This document shows, piece after piece, positions 25,012 through 32,000 of a stretch of 32,000 nt of DNA. The notes below the pieces were generated by a model that saw nothing but the letters and a program-made list of their open reading frames with translations, was not told the DNA's origin and made no database searches. The DNA lies in the NCBI GenBank assembly GCA_963718045.1, contig OY970350.1, positions 510,001-542,000 of the forward strand. The letters are read 5' to 3'. A program made the translations under genes and the position numbers. The first letter of the stretch is position 1. The number at the start of each line of letters is the position of its first letter. This stretch comes from Candidatus Saccharimonadota bacterium. GTDB taxonomy: Bacteria; Patescibacteriota; Saccharimonadia; Saccharimonadales; UBA4665.

Positions 25012-25260
25012 CTAGATCCTGCCAGCTCCACCAGTGTCTTCATCGGAATGATCACCTGCTGGATGTCTCAGTTTTAAAATACGAAGTTCTTCAGGATCAA
25101 TGGAAGAAAAGTCTTCGCCGTCATCTTCTTCTCGGCCTTCGTCTTCAGCCCGCATTCCATTTTGTCTATGCATAATATCGAGTAGCCTAGCTGTCTTTTC
25201 GGCTTGGTCGCTACCCTCCGGAGGCACTCCTACACCTCCTGATAAATCTTCTATGCCCAT
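25012..25260 (-). CDS. Hypothetical highly acidic small protein (82 aa from the preferred start; the track ORF extends to 25341)
   Basis: The internal ATG at 25260 is preceded by SD agagggaagg and an extended -10 (TGATATAAT). The product is Asp/Glu/Gly-rich with no recognisable domain. Confidence 0.4.
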   Translation of the reverse strand: MGIEDLSGGVGVPPEGSDQAEKTARLLDIMHRQNGMRAEDEGREEDDGEDFSSIDPEELRILKLRHPAGDHSDEDTGGAGRI

Positions 25261-25386
25261 ATACCTTCCCTCTTTTAGGTTGATCATTATATCAAACAAT
25301 CTAGTTAATTTTATGTGCGATACAGTACTAAATTTCGACAATTTTAGCCGAAGTCCTACTAGTTAGTCTGATAGTGTTAATAACAG

Positions 25387-25462
25387 TGGTGGAGCATGGC
25401 AGAATCGAACTGCCAATCTCTGCAATGCGAATGCAGCGCTCTACCAACTGAGCTAATGCCCC
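25387..25462 (-). tRNA. tRNA-Ala (anticodon CGC), CCA encoded
   Basis: The reverse complement GGGGCATTAGCTCAGTTGGTAGAGCGCTGCATTCGCATTGCAGAGATTGGCAGTTCGATTCTGCCATGCTCCACCA folds as a 76-nt cloverleaf with a G3:U70 Ala identity pair and anticodon loop TTCGCAT. Confidence 0.92.
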
Positions 25463-25473
25463 GTATTTCAGTA

Positions 25474-25550
25474 TGGTGGAGCATATCGGGATCGAACCGA
25501 TGACCTCATCCGTGCCACGGATGCGCGCTAGCCAGCTGCGCCAATGCCCC
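25474..25550 (-). tRNA. tRNA-Ala (anticodon GGC), CCA encoded
   Basis: The reverse complement GGGGCATTGGCGCAGCTGGCTAGCGCGCATCCGTGGCACGGATGAGGTCATCGGTTCGATCCCGATATGCTCCACCA folds as a 77-nt cloverleaf with G3:U70 and anticodon loop GTGGCAC. Confidence 0.9.
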
Positions 25551-25566
25551 TTAAAGAACAGTATCA

Positions 25567-25594
25567 ATAATATCAGCTAGCACTTGAAGTTCAA
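25567..25594 (-). promoter_or_regulatory. Candidate promoter for the tRNA-Ala pair (TTGAAC-16-TATTAT)
   Basis: Minus strand reads cTTGAACttcaagtgctagctgaTATTATtgatactgttctttaa, followed by the tRNA 5' end. Confidence 0.4.
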
Positions 25595-25606
25595 GATATA
25601 ACAATA

Positions 25607-25633
25607 AAGGCTATCGACTCCGATAGCCTTTTT
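25607..25633. terminator. Intrinsic terminator hairpin (usable in both orientations)
   Basis: aaaggctatcg-actc-cgatagccttttt. The minus-strand version is followed by tttattgtt, which would terminate the brnTA transcript before the tRNA promoter. Confidence 0.6.
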
Positions 25634-25765
25634 CGTGCGCGCCCACCCTAGCGGCGGGTGCTTTTTGTTTTATTGTTTGTTTTTAAGGGCATACGCCGCT
25701 ATGTACGCACGACTAAAAATAAGCATAACAACTTATTGTTTGTCCGTCAAATTGCCACTTCTTCT

Positions 25766-26032
25766 TTATCTGGAAACTTTGAGACCGGCACTAATATATT
25801 CCTTAATCAGTGACTGATAGGGCACATTGGTCTCATTTGCCCGTTCTTTTACTCGGTTTAATATAGCTACAGGTATACGGATCGAGACTGGTCTAGTGCT
25901 TGGTTTTAGATTTGGGAAACTTACCGAGCTAAAGTCTTCTGGTTCTAAATACTCTGCCAAGTCAAGGCTGCTCCAGTACTTGCGCTCTTCGTCTTCATTC
26001 TTGAACTTAGGTACATTAATTGGCTTTTTCAT
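25766..26032 (-). CDS. brnA: BrnA-family antitoxin (RHH/CopG-like)
   Basis: MKKPINVPKFKNEDEERKYW...RPVSIRIPVAILNRVKERANETNVPYQSLIKEYISAGL matches the BrnA layout. The preferred start is the ATG at 26032 (the track ORF begins at 26062). Overlaps the brnT end. Confidence 0.8.
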   Translation of the reverse strand: MKKPINVPKFKNEDEERKYWSSLDLAEYLEPEDFSSVSFPNLKPSTRPVSIRIPVAILNRVKERANETNVPYQSLIKEYISAGLKVSR

Positions 26033-26315
26033 AAAGATTAATCTCCTTTCTTTTTGTAACATCCCGTGCGGATATTACTCTTAATTTATCCTGTCTGAAA
26101 GTAAAGACAATATACAATAATCGACCATTCTTAGACTTGCCTAGTAATATATGCCTGTTTTCGGACGCAGAATGTAAAGTGTCTTTCATTATCACTTTAT
26201 TTTCATCAAAGAAGACTTCTTCACATTCCCAATCATTAACATCATGAGACCTTTTATTCTTATTGCTATTACCTGGATCCCAGTCAAAACTATATGAATG
26301 AATATTGACCTTCAT
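26016..26315 (-). CDS. brnT: BrnT-family toxin (DUF497 ribonuclease)
   Basis: FDWDPGNSNKNKRSHDVNDWECEEVFFD...HSASENRHILLGKSKNGRLLYIVFTFRQDKLRVISARDVTKRKEINLYEK matches the DUF497/BrnT pattern. Confidence 0.85.
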   Translation of the reverse strand: MKVNIHSYSFDWDPGNSNKNKRSHDVNDWECEEVFFDENKVIMKDTLHSASENRHILLGKSKNGRLLYIVFTFRQDKLRVISARDVTKRKEINLYEKAN

Positions 26316-26326
26316 GTATATACTGT

Positions 26327-26354
26327 ATTATACACTTCTCACTGTTTGTGTCAA
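26327..26354 (-). promoter_or_regulatory. Consensus promoter of brnTA (TTGACA-16-TATAAT) with an adjacent palindrome
   Basis: Minus strand reads gtaTTGACAcaaacagtgagaagtgTATAATacagtatatacATG. The palindrome GTATATAC sits between the -10 box and the ATG. Confidence 0.58.
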
Positions 26355-26384
26355 TACTTTTTGTCGTAAATTCCTTTTTAGGTA

Positions 26385-28400
26385 CTACTTGTTTAAAATC
26401 CGAATAAGCTCTTGTTCGTCTATCTGTTTTATGCCAAGTTCAGCAGCTCTTTTTAGCTTGCTTCCGCCAACATTATTGCCAACAACCAGATAGTTAGTGT
26501 CTTTAGCCACGGCACTTTGGAAAGTACCGCCTAGTGCTCTTATCTTTTCGGCTGTTGCTTCTCTAGACATAGAGTTAAGGCTGCCGGTTATTACAAAGCT
26601 TATATTATTTAGCGGACCGGTCGTTACTTTAGCTTCTTTAGGCCAGACATTAAGCTTTTTAAATTTAGATAGCAGTTTTTGGTTTTTAGGTTCAGAAAAC
26701 CATTCAACGATAGCTTCAGCTACAATACTCCCTATGCCTTCAACTTCTGTTAGTTCATCGATAGTGGCACCGGAAAGTGATTCAATGCTTTTGAATTGAT
26801 TTGAGAGATCAATGGCCGTTTGAACGCCAATATGTCTTATGCCCAGGCCATATAAGAAGCGGTCTAGTTCAGGATGCTTTTTTGATTGAATAGCGGAGAC
26901 CAGTTTATGGGCTGAAACTTCAGCAAAACGGTCTAGTTTTATAACCTCTTCTTCTTTTATGGTATAGATGTCTGCCTGGTCGTTAATGAGTTTAGCGTCA
27001 AGAAGGGCAATGGCGTTCTTTTCACCTAAACCTTCGATGTCTAGAGCTTCTTTTGAAGCGTAATGTTCAATTTGTTTCCACATTCTGGACGGACAGGACT
27101 GGTTCATGCAGCGCCATGCAGCATCTTTAGAGGAATATTTAGCTAGCGGTTTATTGCAGTCTGGACATAGTTTAGGCATCTTAAACTGATGTTCTTCACC
27201 TGTTCTTAGCCTCGTAATAGGTTCAACAACTTCTGGGATTATATCTCCGGCTTTATGGACAATGACCGTATCACCTATCCTAATATCCTTGCGCCTTATT
27301 TCATTTTCGTTATGCAGGGTAGCCATTTGGACTGTGCTGCCGGCTATTTCAACTGGTTCTAGAATTGCTACAGGAGTTGCTGAGCCAGTCCGGCCAATTG
27401 AAACAAAGATTCCTTTTACTTTAGTGGTAGCTTGTTCAGCGGCATATTTATAGGCGATGGCACCTCTTGGCGCTTTACCGACCACGCCTAATTTTGCATA
27501 AAGCTCGCGGTCGTTAACCTTTATTACCAGGCCGTCGGTGTTAAATGGCAGTTCATGTCTTTTTTCCTGCCAGGTACTGGCAAAGCTATATATCTCTTTT
27601 AGGCTGCTCTCTGCCCTGCTCATTGAATTAACCAAGAAGCCTAGTTGTTTTAGGGCATCATATACCTCGGAGTTAGCTTTAAGGGGCTTATCTTCACGGA
27701 TAATATCGTAGGCTCTAAAATGAAGTTTACGGCTGGCCACAAGGCTTGGATCAAGCTGACGGATGGTGCCGGCGGCGGTGTTTCTTGGATTGGCGAATTC
27801 GGGTTGGCTGCTTGCCTTTCGCTGTTCATTTAGGGCTTTAAAATCTTCTTTGTACATGACTATCTCACCCCTGACTTCAGTCCGGCCGGATAAAAGATAG
27901 GCGTACTTTTTAGTGCTTCTGAGCTTTAGGGGGATTGATTCAATTGTTCTAATGTTAGCCGTTACATCTTCGCCGATATAGCCGTCACCCCGGGTTATAC
28001 CTAGGGTTAGACTGCCCTCCTCATAAACAAGAGCGCAGGCCAGTCCGTCCATTTTAATGTCTATGAAGTACTCAAGTTTGTCCTTATTTAAAGCTTTTAG
28101 GGTTCTATCCTGCCAGGCGGCTACTTCTTGGTTATTAAAGACATCGTTTAGGCTTAGCATTCTTTCACTATGAGGGACAGATTTAAAGCCTGGAAGCGGT
28201 GCGCCGGCTACTCTTTGGGTTGGGCTGTCTGGAGTTATTAGGTCTGGGAACTGCGATTCAAGCTGGCTTAGTTCATGTTTCAGGCTATCAGCAGCTTCTT
28301 CGCTCATGATTGATTCGTCTAGAACATGGTAGTGGTACCTATAGTCTTCAATAAGTTCTCTTAGCTTTTTAATCCTTACTTCTGCTGCTGTCTTATTCAT
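26385..28400 (-). CDS. ligA: NAD-dependent DNA ligase
   Basis: 671 aa. Adenylation motif IKMDGLA, a four-Cys zinc finger (CPDCN...C..SCP), HhH repeats and a C-terminal BRCT domain. Confidence 0.97.
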   Translation of the reverse strand: MNKTAAEVRIKKLRELIEDYRYHYHVLDESIMSEEAADSLKHELSQLESQFPDLITPDSPTQRVAGAPLPGFKSVPHSERMLSLNDVFNNQEVAAWQDRTLKALNKDKLEYFIDIKMDGLACALVYEEGSLTLGITRGDGYIGEDVTANIRTIESIPLKLRSTKKYAYLLSGRTEVRGEIVMYKEDFKALNEQRKASSQPEFANPRNTAAGTIRQLDPSLVASRKLHFRAYDIIREDKPLKANSEVYDALKQLGFLVNSMSRAESSLKEIYSFASTWQEKRHELPFNTDGLVIKVNDRELYAKLGVVGKAPRGAIAYKYAAEQATTKVKGIFVSIGRTGSATPVAILEPVEIAGSTVQMATLHNENEIRRKDIRIGDTVIVHKAGDIIPEVVEPITRLRTGEEHQFKMPKLCPDCNKPLAKYSSKDAAWRCMNQSCPSRMWKQIEHYASKEALDIEGLGEKNAIALLDAKLINDQADIYTIKEEEVIKLDRFAEVSAHKLVSAIQSKKHPELDRFLYGLGIRHIGVQTAIDLSNQFKSIESLSGATIDELTEVEGIGSIVAEAIVEWFSEPKNQKLLSKFKKLNVWPKEAKVTTGPLNNISFVITGSLNSMSREATAEKIRALGGTFQSAVAKDTNYLVVGNNVGGSKLKRAAELGIKQIDEQELIRILNK

Positions 28401-29325
28401 TGATTAGTCCCCTATAAAGTGCATATAGATAACTATGAATATATACTAGCCCTATAAGTGATAAAAGATAAAATACCCAGGCCGCTATAGACGGCAGAAT
28501 GTAGATAAAGGGCAGCATTATTATGCCGGTTATGATTATTAATAACACTGGCAAGAAGATCATCTTTTTAAGGACCAGTCCACGTCTACCTTTTACCAAC
28601 CCTCTGGCTGATTTAATAGCCTTCATTGGCGTCATATTAGGCAAAGTGACAATATATAAGGCCATGAGGGATGAAGCCAGCCAGTAAAAGCTTAAAAAGA
28701 CTAGCCCAATTATTGGGATAAGGGACACTACTTTTTCAAGACCGGTTACGGCAATACTACCGTTAAATAGAGTTCCGTAGAGGAATAAACCAATTAGAAG
28801 AGGTATAAGCTCAACGATAATAAACAGCAGTACCAGCAGAAAAGGTACGAACGGGTATAGGCCTTTATAGTAGCTGTCTCTGGCTCTTATTTTTGCGCCA
28901 AGGTAGTACTGCCTGAGAGCCCATATGATGGCTAGGCTGGCGATTAACATTATGAAGACTTGGTAGGTGCTGCCCGAAGCCGATGGGCTGGAAGTAGATG
29001 AGCCAACCAGATAGGTATAGATACTTAAGCCTGAAAAAAGAGAGCCTAAGTGTCCATGAAAGACACCGCTAAATTCATGTTTGAGACTGGGAACATTGCC
29101 TGGGCTGGAAATTCCAAGTACTAAAACTAGATAGACCAGTCCGTAGATTAAGATAATGAAGGACATGCTATTTCGGTTACGCCAAAGAATATGCCAGCTG
29201 GATTTAGCCAGACCAAAAACACTGGGCAGTTTGGAAGAAACGGCCTTAGACTGTTTGTTTTTGTTGGCCTTATGGTTAGTTTTAGTTTTAGGGACTGATT
29301 TAGTCCCCTGTCCTTTTTTAGGCAT
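28393..29325 (-). CDS. Polytopic membrane protein (about 6-7 TM) with a Lys-rich cytoplasmic N-terminus, unknown function
   Basis: 310-aa hydrophobic ORF overlapping ligA (8 nt) and htpX (8 nt). Confidence 0.6.
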   Translation of the reverse strand: MPKKGQGTKSVPKTKTNHKANKNKQSKAVSSKLPSVFGLAKSSWHILWRNRNSMSFIILIYGLVYLVLVLGISSPGNVPSLKHEFSGVFHGHLGSLFSGLSIYTYLVGSSTSSPSASGSTYQVFIMLIASLAIIWALRQYYLGAKIRARDSYYKGLYPFVPFLLVLLFIIVELIPLLIGLFLYGTLFNGSIAVTGLEKVVSLIPIIGLVFLSFYWLASSLMALYIVTLPNMTPMKAIKSARGLVKGRRGLVLKKMIFLPVLLIIITGIIMLPFIYILPSIAAWVFYLLSLIGLVYIHSYLYALYRGLINE

Positions 29326-30199
29326 GACCTTCCATACTCTCTAGTCTTTTTATTCTTTGGGGGATAGGCGGATGAGTGCTGAAGAGATTAGAAATAGTGT
29401 GTTTTCTCAAGGGGTTAGCAAAGAACATGTGGGAGGTAGAGGTATTTTGGACCTTGGTAGCACTGCCTACCCTGGATATCTTATTTAAGGCACTAATTAA
29501 GCCTTCCGGGTACCTGGTAGTTAAAGCTCCGCTGGCATCAGCCAGGTATTCCCTTTGTCTTGAAATGGATAGCTGAATAAACATGGCAACAAGCGGTGCC
29601 AGGATAGCAGCCACAATGCCCATTATTAAAAATACCTGGTTATTCATGTTTTCCCTGTCATTACCTCTGAACCAGACTAGACGAATAATTATGTCGGCAA
29701 TTAGGGAGATGATGGCAGTTAGAGCAAAGGCAATCATATTAACCCGCATATCGTAGTTTTTAATATGGCTTAATTCATGGGCAATTACACCTTGCAGTTC
29801 GTCATCATCCATTATGTCTAGCAGTCCTGATGTTACGCAGACAGCAGAATGCTGCTGGTCCCGTCCGGTAGCGAAAGCATTCGGTGATGGGTCATTCATT
29901 ATATAAACAGCCGGCATTGGCAAGCCGTCTGTTATGGCTAGGTTTTCGACTATCCGCCAGAGCCTTTTGTTATCCGATTCCTTTATCTGCTTGGCTCTAT
30001 TTATAGCCAGGGCCATCTTTGAGCCCCAGTAGTAACTAAGAGCGGTATAGACTAATGCGCCGGCTACGCCGCCGTAAAAGACACTCATGGAGCCGTTTAG
30101 AGTCTTAGTAAACAGCCAGATAATGGCCACCACGAATATAACGAAGAAGGCCATAATGTATATGGTACGCCTTTTGTTTTGGCCAATGTCCTTATACAT
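29318..30199 (-). CDS. htpX: M48-family zinc metalloprotease HtpX
   Basis: HELSHIKNYD zinc motif, four TM segments, C-terminal STHPPIPQRI. Confidence 0.92.
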   Translation of the reverse strand: MYKDIGQNKRRTIYIMAFFVIFVVAIIWLFTKTLNGSMSVFYGGVAGALVYTALSYYWGSKMALAINRAKQIKESDNKRLWRIVENLAITDGLPMPAVYIMNDPSPNAFATGRDQQHSAVCVTSGLLDIMDDDELQGVIAHELSHIKNYDMRVNMIAFALTAIISLIADIIIRLVWFRGNDRENMNNQVFLIMGIVAAILAPLVAMFIQLSISRQREYLADASGALTTRYPEGLISALNKISRVGSATKVQNTSTSHMFFANPLRKHTISNLFSTHPPIPQRIKRLESMEGHA

Positions 30200-30203
30200 G
30201 TTT

Positions 30204-30794
30204 TTAAGAGTTAAAGTTTACCTCTACTGGCTGGCTGGCAGCTTGGGTTTCTGACTCATCAAGTTCAAAGTAGTCTTTGTCTTTATTGAAATGGAGCATT
30301 TGAGCGAAGACTTTAGTTGGGAATTTCTGCCTTTTGGTGTTGAAGTCTTTAACTTCATTGTTATAAAAACGTCTGGCAGCCTGAATTTTGTCTTCTGTGT
30401 CTGTTAGTTCACCCTGGAGCTCCCTAAAGTTTTCACTAGCCTTTAGATCGGGATAGTTTTCAGCGACAGCAAACAGGCTTTTCATGGTTTGGCTGAACTG
30501 GTTTTCGGCTTTGGCTGTCTCTTTTACACCGTTGGCATTAATAGCCTCGGTTCGGGCTTTAGTGACATCCTCAAAGACTGTTTTTTCGTGTTTGGCATAA
30601 CCTTTGACAGTGTTAACAAGATTAGGAATTAGATCGTACCTTCTCTTTAGCTGGACTGTTATGTCACTCCAGGCTTCATCTGCCCGCTGATTTAAGGTAA
30701 CCAGTCCGTTATACATGACAACCACGGTTATGACAGTAAGGACAACAATAACGACGATTATTATTAATAAGACTTCCACGTTTTTAGCCTCCAA
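30204..30794 (-). CDS. lemA: LemA family protein
   Basis: N-terminal TM followed by YNGLVTLNQRADEAWSDITVQLKRRYDLIPNLV...ARRFYNNEVKDFN, typical of LemA. Lies 4 nt upstream of htpX. Confidence 0.9.
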   Translation of the reverse strand: MEAKNVEVLLIIIVVIVVLTVITVVVMYNGLVTLNQRADEAWSDITVQLKRRYDLIPNLVNTVKGYAKHEKTVFEDVTKARTEAINANGVKETAKAENQFSQTMKSLFAVAENYPDLKASENFRELQGELTDTEDKIQAARRFYNNEVKDFNTKRQKFPTKVFAQMLHFNKDKDYFELDESETQAASQPVEVNFNS

Positions 30795-30900
30795 TTTCTT
30801 TTATATGCCTTCTATTATATCCCGGAGACGGCCAAGGAACCAATCCTTTTATGCGGGGCGCCTAGTGAGAGGTAGCTTAAATTGTTATTATGAAAGCTAG

Positions 30901-32000
30901 ATGAAAAAAAGAGCTGATAATAAGCGTAAGTTATGGCCGTTTGTTCTTATAGGCCTGGTTTTAGTTATAGCCCTATATGTTTCCTGGGTATATTTTGTAT
31001 CTGAGCCGGTAGTTAGCCCTAGTTTTAGGGTTAAAGATATATCGGCAGTTGTGCCGGCTAAAAGTTTAGCCTGGTCCAGTGGAACCCAAGCGGCTGTTGG
31101 TCTAGACAGCTCAGGTGTAGTGGCAACCTCTGGCACTCAAAAACCAGTGGCCATGGCTTCTGAAGCCAAGCTAATAACGGCTCTATGTGTACTTAATAAG
31201 TATCCTTTAGCCTTAAACGAGGCTGGGCCAACTATTACTTTAGGCCCATCTGATGTTGCCATATATGCCAAGTACCAATCCGAAGATGGTTCTGATCTGG
31301 TAGTTGTAAATGGTGAAAAGTTAAGCGAATACCAAATGCTTCAGGCCATGCTGCTGCCTTCAGCCGATAATATTGCTGATTCTTTGGCTATCTGGGCCTT
31401 CGGATCTTTGCCTAATTATTCGACATATGCCAATCAATATGTTAAAAGCCAGGGTTTAAGTGAAACAGCTATTGGACCAGATGCCAGCGGTTTTGATCCT
31501 GGTTCTACGACAACTGCAGCTAATCTGGTCAGTATTGGACAGTTAGTTATGGCGAGCCCAGTGCTTGCTAACATTGTTGGCCTGCCTTCAGCTACTGGTT
31601 TTTCTGTTGTCGGCACTATTAAAAATGTTGATGGTGAACTTGGCAAAGATAATATTATTGGTATTAAAACCGGCAATACCAATCAGGCAGGCGGTGTATT
31701 CTTATCCGCCTCAAAGATTACCGTTAACGGTAGCCCGTTAATTGTCTATACAGCTGTTATGCAGGCATCAACACTGTTTGATGCCTTGGCCTACAGCCTG
31801 CCTCTGGTTTTATCTGTTCAAAGCAACTTCACTAGTGTGCCTGGTGTCTCTTCACTTCCAAGTGGACTGGAAGTTGCTGAATATACAGTGCCTTGGAGTA
31901 ATAAGAAAACACCGGTTGTTGTCTCTCGGCCTATAGAATTAACCTCTTGGGGTGGCAGTAGGGTTATTAGTACAATTTCATTAGATAAAATTTCAGATGA
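30901..32000 (+). CDS. Serine-type D-Ala-D-Ala carboxypeptidase (peptidase S11/PBP5-like), 3' end beyond the window
   Basis: Hand translation from the ATG at 30901 is open to the window edge (366 codons). It has an N-terminal TM anchor and the SxxK (ASEAK), SxN (SADN) and KTG (KTGNT) motifs in the correct order. It is not in the ORF track because it has no stop in the window. Confidence 0.82.
   Translation, partial: MKKRADNKRKLWPFVLIGLVLVIALYVSWVYFVSEPVVSPSFRVKDISAVVPAKSLAWSSGTQAAVGLDSSGVVATSGTQKPVAMASEAKLITALCVLNKYPLALNEAGPTITLGPSDVAIYAKYQSEDGSDLVVVNGEKLSEYQMLQAMLLPSADNIADSLAIWAFGSLPNYSTYANQYVKSQGLSETAIGPDASGFDPGSTTTAANLVSIGQLVMASPVLANIVGLPSATGFSVVGTIKNVDGELGKDNIIGIKTGNTNQAGGVFLSASKITVNGSPLIVYTAVMQASTLFDALAYSLPLVLSVQSNFTSVPGVSSLPSGLEVAEYTVPWSNKKTPVVVSRPIELTSWGGSRVISTISLDKISD

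Noticed and set aside
24986-25020. A near-tandem direct repeat AGGGGT(CT)AGATCCT (24986-24998 and 25006-25020) at the 3' end of the acidic ORF.
   Set aside because: It is short, partly within coding sequence, has no hairpin potential and recurs nowhere else in the window. There is insufficient evidence for any function.
25025-25033. GCTCCACCA, identical to the tRNA-Ala 3' end, seen on the plus strand 350 bp from the tRNAs as a possible att site.
   Set aside because: It is only 9 bp, is in inverted rather than direct orientation, and lies inside a coding frame (..TGGAG..). A chance occurrence in 64 kb of two-strand sequence is plausible.
25328-25567. A 79-aa track ORF on the minus strand.
   Set aside because: It is entirely explained by the two tRNA-Ala genes it overlaps. 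The translated sequence is an artefact of tRNA sequence.
1151-29576. Numerous 60-143-aa ORFs antisense to or out of frame with long genes. Examples: 1151-1456, 2851-3066, 4284-4496, 4509-4694, 5462-5662, 6409-6660, 8582-8785, 8767-8979, 10104-10331, 12142-12348, 17059-17490, 19340-19555, 21657-21863, 22478-22708, 25100-25366, 25635-25817, 25827-26084, 26305-26493, 26497-26799, 27262-27453, 29156-29344, 29376-29576 and 30715-30900.
   Set aside because: Each overlaps a longer ORF with clear homology or motifs, or a region explained by RNA or terminator structure. Their products are low-complexity or Cys/Ser/Leu-rich, as expected for shadow frames.
30897-31936. Track ORFs 30897-31136 (-), 31434-31682 (-) and 31742-31936 (+).
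   Set aside because: All lie within or antisense to the much longer open frame 30901-32000, which carries the SxxK/SxN/KTG motifs. They are shadow ORFs.
1-32000. Searched by eye for CRISPR-like regularly spaced repeats, reverse transcriptase/DGR template-variable repeat pairs, integrases, rRNA, tmRNA and RNase P RNA.
   Set aside because: None found. The only mobile-element protein is the IS1595 transposase, and the only confidently identified RNA genes are the two tRNA-Ala.

Overview
This is a gene-dense, moderately AT-rich (by eye) bacterial chromosomal segment with very short intergenic gaps and many 1-8 nt gene overlaps. Every gene from about 12.6 kb to 30.8 kb lies on the minus strand.

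Core content:
- a primary-type sigma-70 factor
- an rpsP-khpA-trmD cluster with no rimM or rplS
- rnc, a Nudix gene and nusB
- rpmF, which is below the ORF-track size cutoff
- leuS, ddl, a MurF-like ligase and an alpha/beta hydrolase
- two tandem tRNA-Ala genes
- a brnT/brnA toxin-antitoxin pair
- ligA, a polytopic membrane protein, htpX and lemA
- a D-Ala-D-Ala carboxypeptidase that runs off the right edge and is also absent from the ORF track

The left third (1.7-13.3 kb) looks accessory:
- a DrrAB/TnrB-like ABC exporter
- a COG4705-like membrane protein and orphan genes
- a secreted ricin-lectin + CHAP peptidoglycan hydrolase
- a 2.15-kb IS1595-family element whose inverted repeats enclose three passenger ORFs
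- a sensor-less two-component system
- an actinobacterial-type nickel superoxide dismutase pair (sodN-sodX)

I saw no CRISPR array, rRNA, reverse transcriptase/DGR or integrase. The compactness, the charged tails on housekeeping RNA-binding proteins and the missing rimM/rplS suggest a reduced genome such as a Patescibacteria/CPR (Saccharibacteria-like) organism. That is inference only.

The best candidates for something undescribed are:
- the IS-borne three-gene cargo operon
- the lectin-CHAP effector with two orphan downstream genes
- the membrane-anchored MurF-like ligase coupled to a hydrolase and ddl
- several structured noncoding stretches: 12386-12626, 13981-14104, 25633-25712 and 15920-16098
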